Shown piece after piece: positions 30,908 to 40,699 of a stretch of 64,000 nt of DNA (position 1 is its first letter; each line of letters starts with the position of its first letter). Made by a program: the position numbers and the translations under genes. The notes under the pieces were generated by a model, which saw nothing but the letters and a program-made list of their open reading frames with translations, did no database searches and had not been told where the DNA came from. The DNA is taken from the NCBI GenBank assembly GCA_934149165.1, contig CAKPDY010000006.1, forward strand, positions 5,095 through 69,094, given 5' to 3'. The stretch comes from an uncultured Clostridia bacterium. Lineage in GTDB: Bacteria > Bacillota > Clostridia > TANB77 > CAG-508.

Positions 30908-32332
30908 TTATAAATTCCTTGCCATTTGTACACCTGAAGCAGAAGCCATCATTAATCCCCTTGTCATTCCACCGCCATCTCCAATACAAAACAATCCTTT
31001 AACACTAGTTTCAAAATTATTATTAATTAATACTTTATTACTATAAAATTTAATTTCAGGTCCATATAATAAATTATCTGGATTGGCAAACCCCTCAACA
31101 ATTTTATCCATCTCTTTTATAAACTGTAAAATATCTGTCATTGTTCTATAACCTATTGCAAAAGTTATATCTCCTGGCACAGCTGATTTAAGTGTTGGTA
31201 CAACCGAATTTGAGTCTAATTCATTTTGCCATGTTCTCTTACCTCTGTTAATATCTCCTAATCTCTGAACTACAACATTTCCTTGACCCAATTCATTTAA
31301 GTTTTTAGCAACATTTCTTCCATATTCAATTGGTTTATTAAATGGATATGTAAAATTATGTGACACTAATATTGCTAAATTTGTATTTGTACTTTTTTTA
31401 TCTTTATAAGAATGACCATTTACCAAAGTTAAATTATTGTCATATACTTCTGAAGATACAAAACCACTAGGATTTTGACAAAATGTTCTTACTTTATCTT
31501 TAAATGGATATGGATATCCTATAAATTTTCCTTCATACATATATTTATTAATATTTTCCATAACTGAATTTGGTAATTCATATCTAATTCCTATATCAAC
31601 AACACCAGCTCTAGACTCTATATTATGTTTATTACACATTTCTGATAACCAATTTGCACCTTTTCTTCCAACAGCAATTACAACATTATTTGAATAAAAT
31701 TCTTCGACTCTTTCGCTTTTTACAGATTTGGTTATTACGCCCTTTACAATATTATTTTCAATAATTATGTCTTCAACAACTGTCTCAAATTTCATATTTA
31801 CTTCATTTTCTTCTAAATATTTTTCTAATTTTTGATACAATTCATGTGCTTTTTCAGTTCCTAAATGCCTTATTGGAATATCTATTAAATTAATTCCCTC
31901 TTTTTTAGATTTATTTCTAATTTTTGAAACTTCTTCTTTATATTCCACTCCTTCAAGCTTAGTATCTGCACCAAATTTTAAATAAATATCATCTGTATAA
32001 TCAATAATCTTTTTAGTAGCTTCAACACCTATATATTTATGCAAACAGCCCCCTACATAAATATCATCATCTTCTTCATTATACAATGAAAGTTTCCCAT
32101 CCGAAAATGCACCTGCACCAGAAAAACCACTTGTTATATTACAAAAAGGCTTACATTTTGTACACTTTCCTGTTTTTTCTATTGGACATACTCTATTTTC
32201 AACACGTTTACCTTGTTCAATTAATAAAACATTTTTTGCCTTTCCAAGCTGAATTAATTCATATGCACAAAATATAGAGCTTGGTCCCATTCCTATTAAA
32301 ATAGTATCATATTTATTTGATTTTTCTGACAT
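30908..32332 (-). CDS. FAD-dependent oxidoreductase (COG2509-like)
   Basis: N-terminal Rossmann dinucleotide motif ILIGMGPSSIFCAYEL and C-terminal GDGGG.TRG.M.A..SG. Confidence 0.75.
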   Translation of the reverse strand: MSEKSNKYDTILIGMGPSSIFCAYELIQLGKAKNVLLIEQGKRVENRVCPIEKTGKCTKCKPFCNITSGFSGAGAFSDGKLSLYNEEDDDIYVGGCLHKYIGVEATKKIIDYTDDIYLKFGADTKLEGVEYKEEVSKIRNKSKKEGINLIDIPIRHLGTEKAHELYQKLEKYLEENEVNMKFETVVEDIIIENNIVKGVITKSVKSERVEEFYSNNVVIAVGRKGANWLSEMCNKHNIESRAGVVDIGIRYELPNSVMENINKYMYEGKFIGYPYPFKDKVRTFCQNPSGFVSSEVYDNNLTLVNGHSYKDKKSTNTNLAILVSHNFTYPFNKPIEYGRNVAKNLNELGQGNVVVQRLGDINRGKRTWQNELDSNSVVPTLKSAVPGDITFAIGYRTMTDILQFIKEMDKIVEGFANPDNLLYGPEIKFYSNKVLINNNFETSVKGLFCIGDGGGMTRGLMMASASGVQMARNL

Positions 32333-32380
32333 AATATTTACCTCCTAATTTGTAAAAAATACACCATATTATTGTAAAAA

Positions 32381-32617
32381 TTATAAAATTTTAATTAATT
32401 CTCCTATATTTTTACCCTGAGTAATTGGAATTTGTATTATCTCAAATTTTGAAATTTTATCTCCAAATTTTATTTCAACTACATCTCCAACTTTCACATC
32501 ATAACTTGGTTTAACAATCTTTCCATTGACAACAACTCTACCATTATCTGCAGCCTCATTAGCCACAGTTCTTCTTTTAATTACTCTTGACACTTTTAAA
32601 AATTTATCTAAGCGCAT
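32381..32617 (-). CDS. S4-domain RNA-binding protein (YabO/Hsp15-like)
   Basis: MRLDKFLKVSRVIKRRTVA......G.V.VNG...KPS..VK.GD is the S4 motif. Confidence 0.8.
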   Translation of the reverse strand: MRLDKFLKVSRVIKRRTVANEAADNGRVVVNGKIVKPSYDVKVGDVVEIKFGDKISKFEIIQIPITQGKNIGELIKIL

Positions 32618-32776
32618 TTATTCACTCTCCCTTCTGCTAAACTTTTTATACCATATTCGCTAAATTATTTCAAGCCCAATAAACAACTACCACTGATTGT
32701 TAGTTGCAAATTTTTTGCATAAATTTAGAATTATTGTAAAAAATATTAGCAATTACAATAAAAAGGAGGAATAGTT

Positions 32777-33781
32777 TTGGAACATATTGGAGAACAAACT
32801 ATAAAATTTAATAATCCACCAACAATTTTGGAAACCGCATGTATTGTTGGTCCTAAAGAATCACAAGGTCCAATGGCAAAATATTTTGATCAATGTATAG
32901 AGGATGAATTCTGGGGTGAAAAAAGTTGGGAAAAGGCTGAAAGTAAATTTGTAAAAGAAACTGTAAGTGGAGTCATTTCAAAATCTGGAATTTCTGCAAC
33001 AGATATAGATTATTGTTTTGCTGGAGATTTATTAAATCAATGTATTTCTTCTAGTTTTGGTTTACGTGAATTAAATATTCCATTTTTTGGTGTATTTGGT
33101 GCATGTTCTACATTTGCAGAAAGTATGTGTTTAGGAAGTGTTTTTGTTGCTTCAGGAGCTGCAAAAAATGTTTTATGTGCTACTTCTAGCCATTTTTGTA
33201 GTGCAGAAAAACAATTTAGATTTCCACTTGAATTAGGAAATCAACGTCCACCAACATCACAATGGACTGTAACTGGTTCTGGTGCTGCTATTATATCTGG
33301 TTCTGGACAAGGTCCTTATATTACTCATATTACACCTGGGAAAATTGTGGATATGGGTATAAAAGATGCTAATAATATGGGAGCAGCAATGGCTCCTGCC
33401 GCACTTGCTACATTGGTAACTCATTTACGTGATACTGGTAGAAAGCCTAGTTATTATGATGCAATTATTACTGGTGATTTAGGTCATATTGGAAAAGATA
33501 TTTTAGTAGAACTTGCCGAAACTAAAGGATACAATATTAGAGCTAATTACAATGATTGTGGTGTATTAATGTTTGATAAAGAAACACAAGATACCCACTC
33601 TGGTGGTTCTGGTTGTGCATGTTTGGGAACAGTTTTTTCTGGATATTTCTTTAATCAACTTAAACAGAAAAAAATGAAAAGAATACTTATGATTGCAACT
33701 GGTGCTTTAATGAATTCAACAAGTACCCAACAAGGCGAAAGTATTCCTGGAATAGCCCATGCTATTAGTATAGAAATTTAA
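32777..33781 (+). CDS. spoVAD: Stage V sporulation protein AD
   Basis: Thiolase-like SpoVAD pattern (..GPKE..GP....FD......WG..S.EKAE...). TTG start with an AAAAGGAGGA RBS. Confidence 0.85.
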   Translation: MEHIGEQTIKFNNPPTILETACIVGPKESQGPMAKYFDQCIEDEFWGEKSWEKAESKFVKETVSGVISKSGISATDIDYCFAGDLLNQCISSSFGLRELNIPFFGVFGACSTFAESMCLGSVFVASGAAKNVLCATSSHFCSAEKQFRFPLELGNQRPPTSQWTVTGSGAAIISGSGQGPYITHITPGKIVDMGIKDANNMGAAMAPAALATLVTHLRDTGRKPSYYDAIITGDLGHIGKDILVELAETKGYNIRANYNDCGVLMFDKETQDTHSGGSGCACLGTVFSGYFFNQLKQKKMKRILMIATGALMNSTSTQQGESIPGIAHAISIEI

Positions 33782-33903
33782 AATAACAATTGTAATAAAT
33801 ATTTGTTATCAATTACTTTTAATTACAAAAATAAAGTTACTATTTGAACTTAGTTTATTATACAAATTAAGTTTTAATGGTAACAAAAGAAAGGATTTTT
33901 TAT

Positions 33904-34291
33904 ATGGAATTTATTCAATCTATTGACTGGATGCAATTATTACGTTGTTTTATTGTCGGAGGAATAATTTGTATTATTGGTCAAATTTTAATTGATAAAA
34001 CAAAATTAACACCTGCACGTATATTAGTTACATTTGTAACTGCTGGTGCAATTTTAGGTGGTCTTGGTATTTACAAATACATTATAGATTTCGCAGGTTG
34101 CCGGAGCAACTGTACCTTTAACTGGGTTTGGTGCAAATCTTGCTAAAGGTGCTATTGAAGGTGTAAAAGAGCAAGGTTTACTTGGTGCATTTATTGGCGG
34201 TGTTAAAGCATCAAGCGGTGGTATAGCTGCTGCTGTTTTCTTTGGTTATATTGCTTCTTTAATTGCAAAGCCTAAAATTAAGAAACAATAA
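33904..34291 (+). pseudogene. spoVAE: Stage V sporulation protein AE (SpoVAEb-type), interrupted by a +1 frameshift at ~34099
   Basis: Frame 1 gives MEFIQSIDW...YIIDFAG, then nonsense CRSNCTF..* (stop at 34146). The next frame continues AGATVPLTGFGANLAKGAIEGVKEQGLLGAFIGGVKASSGGIAAAVFFGYIASLIAKPKIKKQ*, the conserved SpoVAE C-terminal half. Total length is 388 nt (3n+1). Confidence 0.8.
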
Positions 34292-34292
34292 G

Positions 34293-34336
34293 AAAAAACT
34301 TCTCAAAAAGCAAAACACTTTTGAGAAGTTTTTTCT
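34293..34336. terminator. Bidirectional rho-independent terminator
   Basis: 15-bp stem aaaacttctcaaaag/cttttgagaagtttt flanked by A- and T-runs. Confidence 0.8.
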
Positions 34337-34343
34337 TTCTAAT

Positions 34344-35048
34344 CTATTTATTAATTTCTGCTATATATTCATAAAATTTAACATTAGTAATTTGAACATA
34401 TGGTATTAGCCATAATAATCCAATTCCTAAAGTAAGTATACTAAGTAATGCCCATCCTATGAAAGATAAATTTAATACAAAATACTCCCATCTATGACCA
34501 TTCATAATATCTTCACTTTTTTTAGCAACTTCTTTTCCTGGCATTTCAAGATTATCATTTCCAATATATGAAGTAAGTTGATATAAATATGATTTTACCA
34601 TTAACCAAATACTAGATGCAAGTGTAAATACAATAGCTAATATACCTATAATAACTATTAAGTTATCGTCTAGCATATCCATTGATACCATAATACTGTA
34701 TGCAACAAGTATTACTATAGATAAAACATATGCAATAACTGGTGCTAGCATTTTCAAAAATACGCTAAAATAAATACTCCATGATTTTGAAAAATTATCA
34801 AACCCCATTTTGAAAAAGTCTAAAACTCCAGTTTTTTCACCTCTTGAAAATTTAATCATTTGTCCAATTAGCCCAAATGAAATTGGAACTGTTATAACAA
34901 TTTGTAAAATTCCCCCAAATGGTATTGATTGTGATATTGCTGACATTACTCCTATAATAACTTGATATACTACTATTATAGCTATTGCTTCTCCCCATCT
35001 TCCTCTTAATGTTTCTTTTGCTTGAGTTTTTAGTTCTAATCTTGTCAT
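34344..35048 (-). CDS. DUF975-family integral membrane protein
   Basis: N-terminus MTRLELKTQAKETLRGRWGEAI is typical of DUF975, followed by multiple TM helices. Confidence 0.7.
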   Translation of the reverse strand: MTRLELKTQAKETLRGRWGEAIAIIVVYQVIIGVMSAISQSIPFGGILQIVITVPISFGLIGQMIKFSRGEKTGVLDFFKMGFDNFSKSWSIYFSVFLKMLAPVIAYVLSIVILVAYSIMVSMDMLDDNLIVIIGILAIVFTLASSIWLMVKSYLYQLTSYIGNDNLEMPGKEVAKKSEDIMNGHRWEYFVLNLSFIGWALLSILTLGIGLLWLIPYVQITNVKFYEYIAEINK

Positions 35049-35156
35049 TAGTATTCCCCCTTTCTTTTTACATTTAATATTTCATTCTTACATTTTAATT
35101 ATACTATAAAAAAATTTCTTTTTCAAGTTCACTGAAATTCATCCATTTCAAAAGTA

Positions 35157-35823
35157 TTAAACTGTAAAAAACATTAATAACTCAGTTGATACATATGCCT
35201 CAATTAATGAAGCAATTCCTAATGGAATAAGTAAAATTAAACAAAACATAGTATGTCTAATTACATCTTGTTTAACACTTGTATTTTTATCATCTTTAAC
35301 AATTACTCTATATAATTTCAATGCACTTACACATAACATTAAAATTATTGGAATTATAATAATATTTTGAAAAAATAAACATGCACATGAAAAAAGTATT
35401 CCGCTTCCAAGTACCCATACTTGCTATAATAGCTGAAATTGTATAACCAATACAAAAACCCTTATATGATGTAATAATATAAATTAATGGAATTCCAATT
35501 ATTGTAGAACCAGCAAGCCATATGATTCCAACTAATTTCAAATTTTCAATAATCGAAATTTGAGCTAATTTAATCTTATCAACTGTATATTCTTCTCCAT
35601 GTATAGTTGTAATAAAACCATTTATATAACCACTTATTTCAGTTTTACTTTGTTCATTTGAATTATTAATAACTACAACCCCTATCATAACACCAATTAT
35701 AAAAATGATAGATAAAATTAAATAATCTTTTATATTCATATTTACATGTTGCAATATAATGTTTTTAAACTCATCAAATTTTTTAGAATTGTATCTTACT
35801 CCTGTTCTCATATGTTCCTCCAC
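35157..35823 (-). pseudogene. spoIIM: Stage II sporulation protein M, split by a frameshift at ~35400-35423
   Basis: The 171-aa ORF carries the SpoIIM N-terminus and TM helices up to ..IIASMG, then nonsense. The adjacent frame reads (V)LGSGILFSCACLFFQNIIIIPIILMLCVSALKLYRVIV...LIEAYVSTELLMFFTV*, the conserved C-terminal third. This joins the 60-aa ORF 35157-35339. Confidence 0.75.
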
Positions 35824-35862
35824 ATAAATTGTTCTTTAATTTAATGTGTATTCTTGCCCAAA

Positions 35863-35917
35863 ATAAAATATACCAAATTATAAAAAGAGTTTTTTATAAT
35901 TTGGTATATTTTTATGT
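35863..35917. terminator. Rho-independent terminator downstream of argS
   Basis: Long AT-rich stem aatataccaaattataaaaa/ttttttataatttggtatatt. Confidence 0.65.
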
Positions 35918-35925
35918 ATTATTTT

Positions 35926-37656
35926 TTACATTTTTTCAGGCATTTTAATGCCAAGAATGTTTGCACCAATTTTAAGTATTTTACCAGTTGCATAAGTTAA
36001 AAATAATCGTGCATTTTTTAAATCATTTTCATCAACAATAATTTTATTGTTATTATAATAACTACTATAAGCTTTTGCAACATCTATTAAATATCTAGAC
36101 AATATTGAAGGTTCATTTTTTTCTGTAACTTGTTTTAATATTTCTTCAAAATTATATACTAGTTTTAATATATTTTGAGCTTCAATATCTTGTAAATATT
36201 CTACTTTTATATTTTTGAAAACATCACTATTTTGTATGTTTTCAAATTTGTTTCCAGATTTTTCAATTATACTTTTTGTTCTAACATATGTGTATTGAAT
36301 ATATGGGCCAGTTTCACCTTGAAAATTTAAAATTGTATCCCAATCAAAAATTTCATCTTTAATTCTATTATTAGACAAGTCATTAAATATTACTGCTCCA
36401 ATTCCTACTTTTTTTGCTATTTCATCTTTATCTTCAAGTTCAGGATTTTTAGTTTCTATAACACTTTTAGCCCTTTGTATTGCTTCATTTAATAAATCTT
36501 CTAATTTTACTACAGTACCTTCCCTTGTTGACATTCTCCCTGTTGGAAGCAATACCATACCAAATGAAACATGTTCTAATCCATTTGTATATTTTTCGTC
36601 TATTCCTAATAATTTTGCTGTTTCAAATACTTGTTTGAAATGTAAATTTTGTTCATATGATACTACATATAAAGCTTTATCAAAATCATATGTTCTTGCT
36701 CTATATAAAATTGCTGCTAAATCACGTGTAGCATATGTTGTTGAATCATTTGATTTTTTTATAATAATAGGAGTATTTATTCCTTTATCTTCTAAATTAA
36801 TTATTTTTGCTCCTTGTGATTCTTCTAATTTGCCTGTTTTTTCTAGTATGTCAATTACTTCTTGCATTTTATCTGAATAAAATGCTTCTCCATTCCATGA
36901 ATCAAAATTTGAATCTAACAAATTATATACTCTTTGAAATTCCTTTAAACTCAATTCTTTAAATTTTTTCCATAACTCCACACAGTATGGGTCACCATCT
37001 TCTAATTTTTTAAAATTGTTTCTACAATTTTCAAGAACTTTTTCATCTTCTTTACATAAATTATTTATTCTTATATAAATATCCATCATTTGATCTATTG
37101 GGTTCTCTTCCAAATTATACTCATCTTTCCATAATTTATATCCCTCAATCATTTTACCAAATTGTGTTCCATAATCTCCCAAATGATTTATTCCTATAGT
37201 ATTATAACCTAAATATTTATATATTTTATATAAAGCTCCTCCTATTACTGTTGAACGTAAATGTCCTATATGAAAAGGCTTTGCTATATTTGGTGCTGAA
37301 TAATCTATTATAACATTTTTTCCATTTCCAATATTTGATTTCCCATATTCATCATTTTTTAGCATTTCACTTATAACTTCATTTGCCATTTTTTCTTTAT
37401 TAACATAAAAATTCAAATACCCAGAAACAACTTCAATTTTTTCAATAATATTTTCATCTACTACAATTTTTTCTTTAATATCATTAGCAATCATAACTGG
37501 AGATTTTTTTAATTCTTTTGCTAATCTAAAACATGGAAAAGCATAATCTCCATTTGTACTATCTTTTGGAACTTCTATAAAAGACTCTAATTCATTTTCA
37601 TTAAGTTCTACTACTTTTGCAACAGATTTTGCAATTTCCTTTTTAAAATTTAGCAT
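35926..37656 (-). CDS. argS: Arginine--tRNA ligase
   Basis: Class I motifs APNIAKPFHIGHLRS (HIGH) and MSTREG (KMSKS-like), plus a DALR anticodon-binding C-terminus. 576 aa. Confidence 0.95.
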   Translation of the reverse strand: MLNFKKEIAKSVAKVVELNENELESFIEVPKDSTNGDYAFPCFRLAKELKKSPVMIANDIKEKIVVDENIIEKIEVVSGYLNFYVNKEKMANEVISEMLKNDEYGKSNIGNGKNVIIDYSAPNIAKPFHIGHLRSTVIGGALYKIYKYLGYNTIGINHLGDYGTQFGKMIEGYKLWKDEYNLEENPIDQMMDIYIRINNLCKEDEKVLENCRNNFKKLEDGDPYCVELWKKFKELSLKEFQRVYNLLDSNFDSWNGEAFYSDKMQEVIDILEKTGKLEESQGAKIINLEDKGINTPIIIKKSNDSTTYATRDLAAILYRARTYDFDKALYVVSYEQNLHFKQVFETAKLLGIDEKYTNGLEHVSFGMVLLPTGRMSTREGTVVKLEDLLNEAIQRAKSVIETKNPELEDKDEIAKKVGIGAVIFNDLSNNRIKDEIFDWDTILNFQGETGPYIQYTYVRTKSIIEKSGNKFENIQNSDVFKNIKVEYLQDIEAQNILKLVYNFEEILKQVTEKNEPSILSRYLIDVAKAYSSYYNNNKIIVDENDLKNARLFLTYATGKILKIGANILGIKMPEKM

Positions 37657-37854
37657 AATATTTCCCCCTTACATAGTTTTGAAATATACTTAAAAATTTT
37701 CCCAAAAAACAACTCAACAATATTTTTACTTATAATATATTTCAGTACATTAACCATTTAAATTTGTTATTATATTAGCACTTTTAACCATAATTGTCAA
37801 CTTGATATTATGTAGATTAGTTGTGTTTTAACACCTTTTATTATAGTATAAACT

Positions 37855-37970
37855 AAAATGAAGCATTACGTAACCCAGGTGGGATATGCAAATGTTATGA
37901 GCTTCGCCCCAACTTAACTACGCTTCATAACATTTGCATATCCCACCTGGGTTACGTAATGCTTCATTTT
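37855..37970. repeat. 116-bp palindromic element: 46-bp perfect inverted arms with a 24-nt centre
   Basis: The left arm 37855-37900 (aaaatgaagcattacgtaacccaggtgggatatgcaaatgttatga) is the exact reverse complement of 37925-37970. It is GC-richer than its surroundings and lies between divergent argS and murC. Confidence 0.9.
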
Positions 37971-38115
37971 AGCCAGATACCTGCAAAAGTATTAAACAGT
38001 AACTATTTACTTTGGTGAAAATAAAAAAAACTATTGAAAAATACACAAAATTCTTATATAATGTAACAAAAAAATTCTTTTTTAATATACTTACAATAAA
38101 AGGAGAGTGTTAAAT

Positions 38116-39510
38116 TTGGCTAATTTAGAAGAATTAGAAAAATATAGAAAAATACATATGATAGGAATTGGCGGAGTAAGCATGAGTGGAATTGCTGAAA
38201 TACTAAAACATTGGGGATTTATTGTTACTGGTTCAGATGCTGCAATATCTGAATATACAACAGAACTAATATCACACGGAATTCCTGTAACAATAGGACA
38301 TGATATAGAAAGTGTATCAAAATCAGATTTAGTTGTATACACAGCAGCAATAAAAGCACAAGATCCAGAATTAGTAGAAGCTAGAAGGTTAGGAATACCA
38401 ACAATAGAAAGAGCCGATTTTTTAGGTATTCTAACAAAAATTTTTAATGATACAATATGTATTTCTGGAACACATGGAAAAACAACTACAACTTCAATGA
38501 TTTCTAGTTGCTTTTTAGAAGGAAAATTAGACCCTACTATCCAAGTAGGAGCATTTTTAAAACAAATAAATGGAAATTACAGACTAGGAAATAGCGAATA
38601 CTTTATAATAGAAGCATGCGAATATGTAGAAAGCTTTTTAAAATTTTATCCAAAAACAGAAATAATACTAAACATTGATAATGATCATTTAGATTATTTC
38701 AAAGATATGGAACATATTAAACTTGCATTTAAAAAATATGTAAAACTTTTACCTTCAAATGGATTACTTGTTATTAATAGTGATGATCCAAATTGTGCTG
38801 CATTATCAAAATACACAGAAGCAAAAACAATTACATATGGTATAAATAATCAAAACGCAAACTTTGTTGCACGTAATATAACATTTAACAAAAATGGATT
38901 TCCTATATTTGACGTATATTACAACAATACATTTTACAAAACAATCTATCTTTCTGTTGCTGGAATTCATAATGTACTAAACGCACTTGCATGTATTGGA
39001 GTTTGCCACATGTATGGATTAAACAAAGAACAAATAAAAAATGGTTTAATGAAATTTACAGGTGCACATAGACGTTTTGAATATATAGGTGAATTTGGAA
39101 ACCATATAAGTGTTTATGATGATTATGCACATCATCCAACTGAAATAAGAGCTACAGCTGAAGCAATGAAAAATAAAACTTACAATAAATCTTGGGTAAT
39201 TTTTCAACCTCATACATATAGTAGGACTAAAAATTTATTGCAAGATTTTGCAAAAGCTCTAATTTTATTTGATAATATTATTGTTACAGATATATATGCA
39301 GCTAGAGAAACAAATACATTTAATATAAGTTCACAAGACTTAGTTAATGAAATAAAAAAACTTGGAAAGACTGCACATTATATACAAAAATTTAGTGATA
39401 TAGCATCATTTATAAAATCTCATGCCCTTAATAATGATTTAGTTTTAACATTAGGTGCTGGAACTGTTGTAAATATTTCTGGTATGCTTGTTGAACCTAA
39501 AGATGAATAA
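38116..39510 (+). CDS. murC: UDP-N-acetylmuramate--L-alanine ligase
   Basis: HMIGIGGVSMSGIA, ISGTHGKTTTTSM, ACEY..SF and DDYAHHP motifs. The AAAGGAGA RBS favours the TTG at 38116 (ORF-track start 38107). Confidence 0.95.
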   Translation: MANLEELEKYRKIHMIGIGGVSMSGIAEILKHWGFIVTGSDAAISEYTTELISHGIPVTIGHDIESVSKSDLVVYTAAIKAQDPELVEARRLGIPTIERADFLGILTKIFNDTICISGTHGKTTTTSMISSCFLEGKLDPTIQVGAFLKQINGNYRLGNSEYFIIEACEYVESFLKFYPKTEIILNIDNDHLDYFKDMEHIKLAFKKYVKLLPSNGLLVINSDDPNCAALSKYTEAKTITYGINNQNANFVARNITFNKNGFPIFDVYYNNTFYKTIYLSVAGIHNVLNALACIGVCHMYGLNKEQIKNGLMKFTGAHRRFEYIGEFGNHISVYDDYAHHPTEIRATAEAMKNKTYNKSWVIFQPHTYSRTKNLLQDFAKALILFDNIIVTDIYAARETNTFNISSQDLVNEIKKLGKTAHYIQKFSDIASFIKSHALNNDLVLTLGAGTVVNISGMLVEPKDE

Positions 39511-39537
39511 ACTTATTTTTAATATTAGTTTCAAAAT

Positions 39538-39576
39538 AAATGATGGTGTTTTAATAAAAAACACCATCATTTATTT
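39538..39576. terminator. Bidirectional rho-independent terminator
   Basis: Stem tgatggtgtt/aacaccatca flanked by A/T runs, between convergent genes. Confidence 0.75.
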
Positions 39577-39577
39577 A

Positions 39578-40681
39578 TTATTTTATATCATCCTGAGCTA
39601 ATTCTGGATATTTAAAATCAAATCCATTTTGAGTAATTTGACCTATAGTTTTATGATCCTTTTGCATAGTATTTTTTCCTTTTAGAAAATATTTATATTT
39701 AATAGTATCTGTCACCTTACCATTTCCTATTATAATTGGATCATCCCAAGTTGTATCTATAGCATACCAATTATTTTTTATATACACATAATTCCATGCA
39801 TGTCTTTCAGTATTACCATTTTCATCTACAGCTGTTCCTGCAACTAAAATACAAGGAATATTTAATTCATCTAACATATATTTAAATGCACGTGCATATC
39901 CTTCACATATAGCTGTTTTATTTAATAAAGCCCCATATATATTTGATGTATTTTCTCCTTTTTTGGTATCATATTCCACATTATCTACAATCCAATTATG
40001 AACATACAATATTTTTTCATAATTGTTACCTGTAGCATTCTTCAAAATTTCATTTTTAGCCTTTTCTATACTTTTTTCAGCTAATTCAACATCTTCTTTT
40101 GTTTTAAAATCATCTGTAAAATATGTTGAATTATTTCCTTTTCCAATAAAAAATTCATAATTTGTAGAAGAACCTCTTGTTGTAGTTTTTGTTACTAAAC
40201 AAACTTTACTACTATCTAAATAAAAATATTGAGATTTATCTGTTATAAAAGCATCCCATGCATTTTGAAATTCTTCAGCTATTAACTCTTTACCATTACT
40301 ATTACTTTTTGCAACATCATTTAAACTTGCTGGAAGTGAAATATTCTCTTCACCATTTTTTAACTTGTCAACATTTTTCTCTATTGTTACATATATTTTT
40401 TTTGCAGTATCACTTAATTGTTGATAATAGTAATATCTTTGAGCATCTGTTAATTCTTCCTTTTCTGGTAGTTCTATATTTTCTTCTATAACTGGAACTC
40501 CATTAATATCTAAAACTAAATTACTTAATTGCGTATTTATATCTTCTAAACTTTTCTCTAATTTTACAGGATTAATAGTGTATAAACCTATAATAAATAT
40601 TATAAACATTATTAATATTATTAGTATAATAGCTAAAAAACAGCCACAACCACTCTTTTTCTTTTCCATTATAAATTTCAT
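39578..40681 (-). CDS. Membrane-anchored transglutaminase-like cysteine protease domain protein
   Basis: N-terminal TM helix (CFLAIILIILIMFIIFIIGL). Transglutaminase-core motifs are ..TAICEGYARAFKYML..., ..ERHAWNYVYI... and ..YAIDTTWDD (Cys-His-Asp). Confidence 0.8.
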   Translation of the reverse strand: MKFIMEKKKSGCGCFLAIILIILIMFIIFIIGLYTINPVKLEKSLEDINTQLSNLVLDINGVPVIEENIELPEKEELTDAQRYYYYQQLSDTAKKIYVTIEKNVDKLKNGEENISLPASLNDVAKSNSNGKELIAEEFQNAWDAFITDKSQYFYLDSSKVCLVTKTTTRGSSTNYEFFIGKGNNSTYFTDDFKTKEDVELAEKSIEKAKNEILKNATGNNYEKILYVHNWIVDNVEYDTKKGENTSNIYGALLNKTAICEGYARAFKYMLDELNIPCILVAGTAVDENGNTERHAWNYVYIKNNWYAIDTTWDDPIIIGNGKVTDTIKYKYFLKGKNTMQKDHKTIGQITQNGFDFKYPELAQDDIK

Positions 40682-40699
40682 TCCTTTCCATAATTTTAA

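Noticed and set aside
32700-32776. Forespore (sigma-G/F-type) promoter upstream of spoVAD (gcataa...aaaaata).
   Set aside because: The match to the GNATA-17/18-CATNNTA consensus is poor (no C in the -10), so it cannot be supported from sequence alone.
33877-33903. Upstream ATG (MVTKERIFY-) as the start of spoVAE.
   Set aside because: The AAAGAAAGGA RBS-like sequence lies inside this extension and is correctly spaced for the ATG at 33904 (MEFIQSIDW), which matches the usual SpoVAE N-terminus.
37657-38106. Expected T-box riboswitch upstream of argS.
   Set aside because: I could not find the conserved T-box sequence (AAnnnGGGUGGUACCGCG-like) or a terminator/antiterminator pair on the minus strand. 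The region is instead occupied by the 116-bp palindrome.
38091-38342. 83-aa minus-strand ORF overlapping the murC start.
   Set aside because: It is antisense to the conserved murC N-terminus (GIGGVSMSG) and has no signals of its own.
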